A stretch of DNA of 62,249 nt, counting the filler, from Kipferlia bialata (Eukaryota), in assembly GCA_003568945.1 (NCBI GenBank). It is 4 parts of 3 records of this genome, joined end to end, with 100 filler letters (N's around TTAATTAATTAA, not from the genome) between each part and the next. Parts side by side here need not be neighbours in the genome. Positions count along the whole stretch, not along the records: positions 37,174 to 48,445 come from BDIP01000189.1; positions 48,546 to 62,249 come from BDIP01000205.1; 2 more parts are not named here. The stretch is one strand, 5' to 3'. Both the position numbers and the translations under genes were made by a program. This document shows positions 37,383 to 49,206 of this stretch, in pieces. The notes below the pieces were generated by a model. That model was not told where the DNA came from and did not search any database. It worked only from the letters and a program-made list of their open reading frames with translations. How positions within the stretch are numbered: position 1 is the first letter of the stretch; every line of letters starts with the position of its first letter.

Positions 37383-38915
37383 GTTCCTCGCTGCGATGTC
37401 CCTCCCCTCCCCTCCCTTGTCCACCTGTCTCTCTCTGCTGATAGGTAAGGGCCATACCACCGGTGCCTCTGATCTGTGTGGATCGGTGTCACTGGTGTGT
37501 GCCCTCGAGGCCTGTATGCCCCCAGCCTGTGGTGCCTCAGATACCCCTTCCCCCTGTATTAGACATGCCACTGCCAATGTTGTGCATGTGGTGCATACCC
37601 AGATGAGGTGGGATAGTGCAACACAATAGGGAGGACTTCTTACACCCATCTCACCACAGTGCCGGTGCATCTCTTGCCTCTGCCCTCACCAGTGAGACAT
37701 CCATCGATAGACCCAGGTGTGGCCCAGCTGTGGTGACCCTCCTGACCCACCATGCTGGGTCGGACCTATGTTCTTGTACTCATACTACTGATGCAGCTGG
37801 AAGTGTCCCTGTTCAGTCTACCCAGGAGTACATGTGTGCAGGGTGTGTGTGCTGGGGAGTCATTGTGAACACCAATCACTCACTGATGGACGGAAGGTGC
37901 ACAATTGAGTATATATTTGTATATGTACCGTGGGTGACATGTTTACACAGTCGTCTCTGTCAGTTGTAGTGTGTATCATACCCCCCCCCTCCCCTTATCT
38001 TCCCCCAGGGAGATGAGAGCGAGGTTAGGACACTTGATGACTGCAGTGTTGAATGCACAGAACCAGCCCATTAATATTGGTGATGCCTGTAGTGATAGGT
38101 GTAGTGACACAGGGGAACGGCATTCCCCCCCCTCCCCGCCAGTGGAGTGGGGGGACCTACTCTCCCCCGTCCCGCCATGTACGTCTGGCGAGCCCCCTTT
38201 TCTTCCTATCCCCCCTTGCATATCCCTGTCTGACATCCCCTCTGACAAGTGGAGCATGAGTGCGACAGGTGCCGATGCCCGTGTGTCTGTGTCCCCTCAG
38301 GTGCTGGATAGGGCCAGGAGGCATGGTAGGGAGCATGGGGCTACGGTGACAGGGCTGGTCAATGCCTCACTGATACAGGCCATAGGGAGTATGTATCTTG
38401 AGTGCCACCCAGAGGTGTCAGAGTGCTCTGTGTCGATGTCCATAGTGGTGGATATGAGGCCCTACTGTGACCCCTCTCTGCTGTCAGATGCAGACACCCC
38501 TCTGCGCCAGGCCATAGGGACTGTCACCCTTGCCCACCCTGTCACCACCTCTGCCCCCTCTGCTGATACCCTTCTGCAGATGGCTGGGACTGTGACACAG
38601 GATATGCAGCACAGGATAGAGAGGCACGAGCACGTCCTGTCTTCCAAGGCACTCTCAGATGGGCGGTTTGATGCCGGGCCGCCTTCTGCCACCATAGAGC
38701 TCTCCAATCATGGGTCGTATGCAGGTCCCCCCTTCTCACAGGCTGAGGTCCTGACAACACAGCGCTTTGATGGGTACCCTGGCCTGTCTGTGCTGGTGCA
38801 CAGTGTCAGTGCGGCAGAGGGGACAGCTCTCTGTCTGGGAGTGGCGGGGTGTGAGATGGGCAAGGAGGTCTTGGATAGGGCTGCGCATCTGTTTGGGGTA
38901 ATGGGGACAGAGTGA
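37383..38915 (+). CDS. CoA-dependent acyltransferase (condensation-domain / PapA5 / alcohol acetyltransferase superfamily), possibly 5'-incomplete
   Basis: Catalytic HxxxDG-type motif NHSLMDGR, then REHGATVTGLVNA, SIVVDMRPY and IELSNHG in the order typical of this fold. Two GT-AG introns. Confidence 0.75.
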
Positions 38916-39101
38916 TGTGTGTCAAGCCTCTAGTTTCAGCGATGAACAACTCGTGTAACATAGCTCGATAAGACAATGGAACTTAAATAGTACTAATTTT
39001 GAATTCTTCGTTTGTAAATTGGGCAGCTTAGGTCTTAGTAATATCTCGCATGACTATCTCGGACCAAGTCTCTTCAAGGTCCTTGATCGAACACAGCATA
39101 G

Positions 39102-40733
39102 ATGTCTCTCGCTCGTGGCTTTTCCTCCGTTGCCGGAACTGCTCTGAAGAAGGTAACCCAATGTTATCGTCTGGGTGTCTGTGACCCTGCTTGACATGCT
39201 CTCCTCCCATACCCTTTGTCCCTCATACTCACCTAAGACCCCCCTCTGGAATCTCCACAATGAGTCTGGTGGAGACATGGTCTCCTTCGGTGGCTGGAGC
39301 CTGCCCGTGAAGGTATGATGAGTTTGATCATCATCCTCTCTCACATTGTCGAAGATAGTCATTCGAGATATGTATATCTCTGGTTCATTCCCTGCTCCTT
39401 ACCCCAGTACCGCACTGGCATCATCGAGTCCCACGCCCAGTGCCGTGAGACCGGCGGTCTCTTTGACGTGTCCCACATGACCCAGCTCATGTTCACAGGT
39501 TAGACACATCCTGTCAATCCACCCATTTCCGTTCTCTATCAATTCACACTACTCCATTCTGCGTATCACAATGGCGTTGATTCTAACCTAGGTGCCGACA
39601 GGGAGCTCTTCCTGGAGACCATCACCCCTGCCGACATCCAGGGTCTCAAGGAGCGCCAGATGCGCCTGTCCTCCTACCTGACCCCCGATGGAGGCATCAT
39701 CGATGACCTCATGGTGGTCAGACACTCCGCCAAGGTACGCGGGTAGAGTGATTGCCTCAATATGGGTGTGTGTCCGTGTGTATCCCTTCACCCCCCCCCC
39801 CCATTTCTCCCCCTTATTGTTGACCTGTCAGGACCAGGTGTTCCTCATCTCCAATGCCGCCACCAAGGAGAACGACGTCAAGCACCTCAACGACATGCTG
39901 CAGAAGTACTCCCACATGGACGTCCAGATCGAGGACCTCTCCTTTGCCCGTGCCCTCATTGCCGTGCAGGGCCCCGGGGTCAAGGCCGCCATGCAGCGCC
40001 TGCTCGACTACGACTTCACCGCCCAGCCCTTCATGTCCCAGTTCTTTGGCTCCATCGAGGGCATTGATGTGTGGGTGGCCAGGTCTGGGTACACCGGCAT
40101 GGACGGAGTCGAGATCAGCGTCGACGCCAAGGACGGAGAGAGGCTGGCCCGCATTCTGCTTGCCCAGCCCGAGATTGAGGCAGCTGGCCTTGGCCCCAGG
40201 GACTCGCTGAGGATGGAGGGCGGTCTCTGCCTCTACGGGTCCGACATCGACACCACCACCAACCCCATCGAGGTATGTGCAAATACATATGTATATGTGT
40301 GACTGCATTTCATTCAATGGTGAAATACCATTTACTTAACCCCCTTTCCCCCTTCTGACCCCAGGCCGGCCTCTCCTGGACCATCTCCAAGAGGAGGAAG
40401 GAGGAGGGCGGGTACATTGGCGCCGAGGCCGTGAACAAGGTTCTGGAGCAGGGTGTGGTGAGGCGCAGGGTGGGACTTGTCATCGAGAAGGGCGCCCCTG
40501 CCCGTGCCCACTCCAAGATATACGCCGCCGACAAGGAGACCCTCATCGGCCACGTGACCTCTGGCATCTTCTCCCCCACCCTCAAGAAGCCCATCTCCAT
40601 GGGATACGTCAACGTGCCCCACCACAAGAAGGGCACCCAGGTGTTTGTGGAGGTGAGGGGCAAGATGCTGCCCGCCTCGATCAAGGCAATGCCCTTTGTG
40701 GAGGCTGGGTTCTACAGGGGCGGAAGCCTCTAA
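39102..40733 (+). CDS. gcvT: Glycine cleavage system T protein (aminomethyltransferase), 5 introns, short N-terminal targeting peptide
   Basis: MSLARGFSSVAGTALKK|TPLWNLH..MVSFGGWSLPVK|Y..GLFDVSHM..GGIIDDLMV..IAVQGP..RSGYTGMDGVEI..GLGPRDSLRMEGGLCLYG..VTSGIFSPTLKKPISMGYV..MPFV. Strong C/G-ending codon bias. Confidence 0.97.
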
Positions 40734-40858
40734 GGTGATGGTGTAGACCGTGTAGTAAATGTATTGAGTATTGTTCAATACCCAGGATGAATGGACATTC
40801 CACATCTATTTTACGGTTACACAACACACATATAGTACACTAGTCATCCTTATCTCTG

Positions 40859-43800
40859 TCACTGGGCCTTGGGGGAAGGGGTGTCCTCTGGCTCTCTGGC
40901 CTGGGGTCGGTCCCCTAGCCTCTCCCTCATCCGCCGTGCCTCCTTGAGCCGCCTCAACCGCATGGTCCTACCCCCTGACCCGTCGAGCCCTGTCAGCATA
41001 CCACCCCCTGGGTGGGTGGAGGGGGTGCCAGGGGAGAGGGAGTGTGCCGAGGGACTCTCACGTGCCCTGTGCCTGCCTCCCAATGGCACCCTGACCCCTC
41101 CCCCTGACACGATACTGGCCCCCCCTGGCTGGGAGTGACCGATGCCACTGGGGCTGAGGGGACTGAGGGGGTTGCCGGAGAGGAGCCCCTGCAGAATGGA
41201 GGGGGTGGGAGGGGGAGAGACAGACCGAGGGGTTCTAGCCTCCCTGTCCGTCTGACTCCCCTTGTCACTGTGGGTACTGTCCTTACTATCCTCTAAGCCC
41301 TCTGCCTCCTGTCTCGCACTACGCTGTGCCTCTAGACAGGCCAGCAGCACGTCTCTGATGCCGCTGATGCCTGCGTGGGTGGTCTGCTTGGTTGCATTTA
41401 CTACTGACTGCATCGAGTGCTGCTTTGCCTCAGCCTGTGCCACCTGGGCAGATAGCACACCCCGCTCAGACAGAGAGGCCTCTGGGGTCAAGGGGGGGGG
41501 GGGATGGAGAGATAGGGAGAGGCACAGAGGGTGATAGTCGCATACATGTACACGGGGGCTACTAGAATATAGGGATGTGTGGGTGTAGACATATACCAAT
41601 ATATCCGCCTCACCGTTGGCTCCAATCTTGGCAGAGAGGGCTGAGAAGGCACTGTTCTGGAGCTGGGTCTGGACATGAGTATGTATATGAGCACTCATAA
41701 GATACGTACATGAATATGAGTGACGCTAAGGAGACTCTTTGAGTGGGAAGCGCGCTGTTTGAAACAAATACCCACCTGCATTTGGTTGAGCCGACCCCTC
41801 AGCCGGTCGGCCTCGCTTCGGGCCAGTTCGGCGTCTCTGTCTGCTGCGTATCTAGCAGCGGTGAGGCGCTCACTGAGTGCATCCAGATGTGCCACTCTGG
41901 CCTGGGCTGAGGACAGGGCACAGGCACCCTTGACCTGGGCGGTGTGGAGGTGCATCCTGGCAGCAGTGCACTCTCTCTCCAGCTGTGCCATCTGCCTCCC
42001 GAGATGGAGAATGGTGGCCTGGGCCTCAGCGGCTGACTGCCTGTCTGCCTGTGCCTGTGCCATCAGATTGTGTATGTGTGTATTACAAATCTACACACTA
42101 TCATACTATACATGAACTGTACACTACAACCCATACCTGAGCCATGAGCTGTGCTGTGCCCCTGTCTGCCATGTGTCTCACAGCAGCCAGACTGTCTCTG
42201 AGGGGTCAGTGGGGAGAGGGACGAGTGTTAGGGGTATTCGTACTGGTCCTCTCTCCAACATAGTGTAGGACGTAGGTACATACATTCAACACTCACCCCA
42301 TATCCCGCTGGCTCTGTCTGGACAGCCTCAGCTCCTCCACCACCCTGTATAGCTCCAGCTGCGTGTCAGCACTCATGTAGCATGCAGCAGCAGATGCCGC
42401 CTCGCTGTCCACCGAGGGGTGCCCCGTGGCAGTGCATATCAACCCATGCATGGCAGAGGGGGGAGGGGGAGGCAGCGCACACCGGGTGAGGAACGCCTCC
42501 CTGTCCTCCAGCCTAAAGGGTAAGACAATAGGATAAGGAGAGAGAGTATGGGCACAGCAAAATATACAAAATCCTCCACTCCTACCTGCGCTCAAGTGAA
42601 GTGGCATATCTACGGAGCATTGCACACTCCCCCTCTACATCTGACAAACTGCGACTGCTCTCATCCCCTCCTCTGCTGGCAGGTGATGCTGCTGCCCCCT
42701 GCCCCTCGGCCCTGCGTGTCCTATGCTGCCACAGACCACACACCCTCTGGCAGTCAGAGAGAGCGGCCTGGAGGGACACCACCTCCGAGGAGCGAGGCAT
42801 GCCCTGTGTCTTAGACCCCTGTCTGTGTGTGTGTGTGGGGCAGAGGGTGGATGTGGACAGGGCAGATAGGCTGTGCAGCACAGAGGCCGTGAGGGTCTCT
42901 GCCCTGCCCCCCTGTGTCTCAATGTCCAACAGGATCAGACACGAGTAGGAGGGGTGACGCATCAGGGGGATGCACACAGAGGCCAGGGTGGAGGTACCAG
43001 CCACTGCGTCCAGACACTGACACCCGGCACAACTAGCAGAGGGGCCAGCCTCACCCCTGTCCCTTCTCCCACATGTCCGAGAGGGTCTGCTCGTAGCACA
43101 TACCAGCCCACCTAGGAGGGATGCAATGGGAGGGAGGGAGGAGAGAGCGGGCGGTAGCTGGAAGGCGGCAGATTGGACTGGTGATTCCTCTCCTTCCTGT
43201 GCCATATCAGCATCCTCCCTCTTCTCTCCGTCGTGCACTTCAGCTATACCACCCTCACCAGCATCACCCTCAGAGACCTCAACTGCACCGGTCTTGACCC
43301 TTGACACCACTGGGCCACCAGTGTCCCCATCCCCTTCCCCCTGTGTCCCTGTCTCAGTGTCTGTGTCTGCGGCAGGTCGAGGCCACGTCCTATCACTCAA
43401 AGCAGCAGGGGGGGACTCCATGTCATCTGGGATGGAGATGGTGAGACCACCGCCCCTCACTCCCTTGGCCACAGACACCTGACCCTCACACCCACCATCT
43501 CCGGATGCCTTGGCTGTCTGTTGCTCAGCCCCTACCCCTGTCCCTACAGTCCCATCACTGCCTGGGCCACTGGTCCCACACATGGTTAGTGAACGCTCCA
43601 GCACGGAGAGAGAGACCTCCCCCCCGTCGACATAGACCAGTCTGCCGCACACTGGGTCTGCCCCTACCTCTGGGGGTATGTGGGTGACCGAAATCACTAC
43701 AAGCATGGGGTCTGAGACAGAGAGGACGCTGCTCCCGAGCACGTGCATCTCTCGGGCACTGTCTATGAGGGACAGGCCCTGCGCGGCATTCACCACGGGA

Positions 43801-44584
43801 CGCTAGGGGTGAGAAAAAGGCAATTCAAGAGATCTTACAAACTTGTCAGATAGAGGACCCACCTGCGAGAGTACATGGGTGGGTGCCCCTGCCTGATGCC
43901 GACCAGACGCTGAGGATACGGTCCTGGTCGCCAAGAGGTCTGTAGTACCGGCAGCTGTAATGGAACCGGCAGACACACACACGCAGTACTGACCCAACTC
44001 GCTGGAGAGCTGTCTAGCATGTATCTGCGAATACAGAGACAGAACGGCGCGGTGTATCAGTCCCTTATGCGGGGGAAGGGTCCCGATCCGATCTTCGTTC
44101 GGTCTTGTGTCGCCAAGACTCTCGATTGGGTGGGTGGGGGAAGCGTATCCCACCCCCTCTGACACCTGGTCGGAGAGAGAGTAGCTCCCAAACAGAGAGT
44201 GGCCAGAGGCCTGGTGGACTGACTCGTTGCAGGACGCAGTTGGGGAGAGAATCTCCATGCGGTCTTGGCAGGGGTCGACAGAAGCAGCAATGCAGATATG
44301 ACTGAATGGTTAGGAGAATGAATAGTCGGTGAATAGAAGAATACAATACTAGAGACTCACCTATCACCGTCCAGGACAGACTCCACCGTTGTAGAAACAG
44401 AGAGAACCTCAGACAGCTTGATCTGGGACAGTGCGAGAGAGGGAGGTGGCTGGTCTCCATATATTGAAGACACAGTGTCTCTCCCAACTCGAACATCACC
44501 AGATGGTGCAATTAGTGTCCCATCCTTCACCTGCCAGGGAGGGCCATGCCCTGGCACTAGACGGGCATACACACCCAGCGACAT
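40859..44584 (-). CDS. Highly degenerate kinesin-like protein with coiled-coil tail
   Basis: Motor-domain landmarks in order: LGVYARL, VESVLDG, GLIHRAVLSLY, YCVCVS..TTDLL, GRLVYVDGGE (cf. KLxLVDLAGSE), CIPLMRH..SCLILLDI and AETLT, followed by coiled-coil exons. Confidence 0.6.
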
Positions 44585-44712
44585 CAGCGAACTGACGACA
44601 ACACAGGTGCCCTCACAGGTAGGTTAGGAGAAGGACACAACTGCCAATATGACTAGGCACTAGCCCCTTACACCATTTTTGTCTACAAAAAGAGCAAAAG
44701 GGTCCGTGCTAG

Positions 44713-44732
44713 CAAGATTCTTGAGTCAAGAA
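44713..44732. promoter_or_regulatory. Palindromic TGAGTCA-core element in divergent promoter
   Basis: TTCTTGA-G-TCAAGAA. CAAGATTCTTGA[G/C]TCAA recurs at 59194-59210. Confidence 0.35.
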
Positions 44733-44786
44733 AAGTAGCGAGACGGACTGCCAGTGCACTTCTGTCTCAAGGGACATCGGTTTGGC

Positions 44787-45704
44787 ATGGACCACTTCAT
44801 TGTACCCAAGGAGGCAGCCATTGAGTATGGGACGTTTGCCGGCTTGATTGACAAGGAGGGTCCTCTGTGCCATCAGGAAGGGGGCCAGACCGAGAAGGGT
44901 GTCTGGAAGGACAGGGTGGTGGTCCTGTCCGGCTGTTCCTGTTTTGTGTTCGAGCAGAGAGGGGGGGCAGACGGAGTGTTGGCTCCCAACAGCCCATGTG
45001 TGGAATGCTTCGCTCTGGACGGCAGTCACATCAGTGAGGGTACCAGCGCACACGGGAGCTTCTTAGAGGTACAGTGCCATGGCGTTGGTCCCAAGGACCC
45101 CATCCAGACACACCGGTTCTCTACAGTGGAGAACCTGGAGGCTACAGCAGCCAAGGCCGGTGGCTATGCACAGACTACGAGGCAGAAGAAGCGGTCCAGG
45201 GACATGTCTCTACAGGACTGGGCAGAGACATTCAGGTGGGTGTCTATTGCACCGGTATTAGTACATGTTAGGAGATATATCCCAATAGTCTATTTATACT
45301 TCAGTGAGACCTGTCTCTCTGTCCTTTGACACAGGTTCTATTCCACCCATGGTGCATCGTTGCGTGCAGGTGTGCTTAGAGGCATCCATGCGGCTGACCT
45401 CAGATTCAAGGTGGGTTGTGGTTGGCCAACGGGTACCGCAAAATACTGTCTAACCCCCCAGGTGTGGCTGCTAGCCCCAGACGGGTCTCCCCTCGACGGC
45501 ACCCTGGACGCCCCCCTGGTAGGTGCCGAGACAGAGTACCTCCGATCCATGCTGATCCAGTTACACAACGTCAAGGGGGTGGGGTTTGTGCTGGCCAATG
45601 CGTATGTGGATGTGTGGGGGTCCCCCAGACCCGAGCTGGTGCTAGACACGCTGGCCATGGCAGGGTATGCGGCCATACTCTGCAGCGTCAAGCCGGCACT
45701 GTGA
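44787..45704 (+). CDS. PH-domain-containing protein (1 intron)
   Basis: GLIDKEG..GVWKDRVVVLSG..FVF..FALDGSHI..FLEV..THRFS..SLQDWAETFR matches the PH strand pattern and C-terminal helix Trp. The second exon ends SVKPAL-TGA. Confidence 0.7.
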
Positions 45705-46456
45705 TGGGTGGATGGTTGGATGTGACTATGGACACTGCATCCTGTTGGGGACATGTCTCTTTGGAAGGGGTGTTTGGGTCGTGGGAGGGATTCACGAGGA
45801 GAGTGTTGCTCTTTAGGCCATCAGGATAGGGCACCGCACCAGCATATGCAGAACCAGGAGTACCCCACAATGGCACTTGGTCAGCAGGTACCATTGCTCA
45901 TGGTGTGTCCTAGGTGGCACTTGTGGGCACTGCTAGGCATAGCGTGCCTCTCCGAAGATCTAGCCAGGAGTCTATACCTGAACGGCCCCCATTGCTTGCT
46001 CTTCCTCCCGTACACCTGTGCTGAGCCGATGTCTGAGAGTGTGTGTATCAGTGTCATCAGTGAGTGGAGACAGAGCTGCAACAGAGGTGGGCATGCATGC
46101 CTATATCGCAGGATGCCTGTATATTGAGAGTTCCAACGCGGCCCACGTATCCTGTTTCCTGTGACGTCCGAGGATTAAGCGATCGCAGCGGTAGGGGAGT
46201 ACGTCCGTACACAATCATGTGGACACTTATTGCATACTTGAGACACTCTGGCGACAAGAACGACACATCTGTTGCTGGGGCGGTACTCTAGTCTCTCACT
46301 AGTGTTGAATGAGTGAGTCTGTCTGCTTACCCCTCCGCATTTACATACAGTAGAAGTCATGCCTATAGTAAGGGTCATGGTGTAGCTTGTCACCAAATAG
46401 ACACTAAAAGTACTATCACTCTGTTGCTATAGATCTACACATACGTGGACGATAAT

Positions 46457-48315
46457 TTAGTCAGAGACGCGTCGCTTGCGTCTCTTTGTCTTCTTCTTGG
46501 TGCGCTCCCCCCCTGCCACTGTCAGAGTGGGTGCCAGGCCCATAACCTCCATGTCATCAGTCTCATCCACCAGGTCCAGAGCCTTGTGACCCACAACACG
46601 GGTAGACACCCGATGCTTCACCCTCAGCTTGGGCCCATCCCCACCTGCACTGACTGTGGGCTCTGTCTCAGTAGGGGTTGGCACGTGCTTAGGGGGTCTG
46701 GGAGGGGGTACAGGCCCAGAACCCTTGGGCTTGGGCCGGGGTGGTGGCACAGGGGGGGGCTTCCTCAGCATGGACACAGGAGGGGGGCGGAGGTACTGCT
46801 TGAACTCCTCCTCCTCCTCCTCCTCCTCCCCCTCCCCCTCTCCAAACACCATACTGAAGATGTCTAGATCAGCACTGGTGGTGGAGGGTAGTACTATAGC
46901 ATCTGCTGCAGTCTCTCCCCCTTGCTCCTCTGCAACGGGGTCCTCGGGGGTGTCCAGGGTACTGCGGAAGGTCACGTCACTCTGCACCATGTGGCTCTTA
47001 CGCGCTTCGAGGACTGAAAGGTCGGGGGCACGACTGGGTGAGGAAGGGAGGGAGGGGGAGATAGAGAGAGAAATAGAGAAAGAGAGACCAGTGAAGAAGG
47101 TGTGTGGAACGGGAAGCTTCTGAGGTACTTAGTGGAACACAACCGCACCTAGCCCTACACCGCGGGACCCCCAGGGCCCTGAGGACCCCCATGTTGATGC
47201 CGAAGCTGAACTCCTCCACAGACACCACCAGCTTAGACCCCATACCCCCGAACATCTGCCTGTATGAGGGGACCCCTTCTCCACCATTGGCTGCAGCGAG
47301 AGCAGCCTGCTCCTGGGTGTAGCTGGCTATGTCGTGCTTGCCAGAAGACACCTGAGGACCTGACGAATGAGATAGGGGGATAGGGTAGGCAAACCGCATA
47401 CATTCATATATAAACCCGTGAACCACTGTGCTTCTGTCCCAGCCGGATACACTGTATATAGATACCCTTATAGACTGAGTGTGCCACCCACCCTGGGCTG
47501 CCTCCTGTGCCTTCTGGAATGTGACCAGGCCATGCTGTCTCTGGGGGATGGGGGCAGAGGCACGACCTCGGCCAGTCCTGGGGGTGAGTGCTAGGAATAG
47601 GGGGGGGAAGTGCATATATACTCCTACTCAAGGCCATATATTGTCAAAAAGGTTCAATACAGATTGTCCACCGCACCTGAACAGTCTCATCTTGGTGGGT
47701 GGGGCCCGGGTGTCAGGTGGTGGGGGTGGGGGGGGACCCGAGTAGTTGAGAGAGGGACCCAGGGTGGGTAGGGACACCTCAGCCGTGAAGGTGAAGGGGG
47801 TGGGGGCATCTGCACTGCGCCGGATGAGACCCTTCCCCTTCCCCCTCTTGCGTCTGTCAGCTGATCCCCTCCCACGCAACCCACCTCTCTGCCCCCTACC
47901 CCCTCCATAGCCTCTTCCCCCATCTCCCTCATCGTCTGACACACTGATCTCATTGTCAAAGTCCTCTCGTGCCTCCTCTCCCTCCCCAAAGGCCAGGAAC
48001 GACTTCTGGTGTGTCTGCTTCCTCTTCACTGTGGGCACAAACCCGAGGCCGTGCATGGGTGTCTCCTGGGGGGGAAGGGCACTGGGTGCCTGGAACAGAG
48101 ACTTGATGCCGTCCCCCCTCCGTGTGGGTGCCACTGGCACCTGTGCCCCGTACCCCAGGGTCTGCCTGTCCTCGTCGTCCATGAAGTCATCCAGGGTCAT
48201 CTCGGCATGGGGGGCCCGCTTGCCACGCTCCGACACCCACTGCTCAGACTGGAAGGCAGTGCCCCCAGTGCTCTCCCTCGCACCCTGGAAGGCCCCGTAG
48301 GAGGTCTGGCTGCCC
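46457..48315 (-). CDS. GPATCH1/TOUGH-like (DUF1604) splicing factor, 5'-truncated by contig end
   Basis: YGAFQGA..EQWVSERGKRA..TLDDFMDDED..MHGLGF resembles the GPATCH1 N-terminal region (HGAFxGG..FVSSR..RA..EDFMDEED..HGLGY). Basic C-terminus. Confidence 0.7.
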
Positions 48316-48445
48316 CTGGGGGGGAGAGGCAGAAGGGATAGAAGAGAGAGAGAGAGGGTATGTGGTAGAGATATACACTGGGGCAGAAGACACTTTGTGT
48401 GGATGGGATAGGGGGGGGGGGGGGGGGAGGGGGGAGGGGAAAGAG

Positions 48446-48545
48446 NNNNNNNNNNNNNNNNNNNNNNNNNNNNNNNNNNNNNNNNNNNNTTAATTAATTA
48501 ANNNNNNNNNNNNNNNNNNNNNNNNNNNNNNNNNNNNNNNNNNNN
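48446..48545. other. Artificial contig linker
   Basis: N44-TTAATTAATTAA-N44. Confidence 0.97.
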
Positions 48546-49206
48546 AAAAGGGAATATCATGAAAGAGTTCTACGGCCGGGGAGGGGGGGGGGGGGGGGAT
48601 ATAGTGGTAGTCATAAATGTCCAGTGATGGCACTCTATGCCACAATACACAATGCGACATCACCGCCAATAACATATCTCTTGGCATTAACCCTACCCGC
48701 TGGTATGGCCTCGGCGTGCATGGCTTCCTCAGTGTCTCTTTGGACAAGCTAGGAAGCTGACCGACTCCAGTCCCTCCTCTGTCTTCTTCACTGCCCCTTC
48801 TCTGAACAAAGTGTTGCGCTACTCCACGTACTCCAGGGATGGAGCCTGTAGCTCTATGTCCACAACTGTAGGCACCTGACACCGATATATATCACTGATG
48901 AAGGTAGACCAGAGCTGTCTATTTTGGGTGGTCTCCTATTAAAGTTTAATAATTAAACCCCTACTTGATCTATGTTCAAGGGGTGTAGAGGTAGGTGGTT
49001 TCCGTCAGGGCAAGGCGGCTTCATATACCACTGTTGCTGTGCTGACCACTGCTACGGCACAATAGTCGCAAACGACTGTGCACTGCATACCAGCTTCGGA
49101 TCACATAACCCCCCCCCCGCCCCCACCTAGTCCCCCGTATTCTTCCAGACACGTACTGCGGTTCATACCTACCGGACCAGGGAGCAGGTGAGGCGAGACT
49201 GAGTGG

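Noticed and set aside
26494..48545. TTAATTAATTAA as a biological repeat or transposon target, and gene clustering across these sites
   Set aside because: Identical N44-12mer-N44 structure with stops in six frames is an artificial contig joiner, so neighbours across it are not syntenic.
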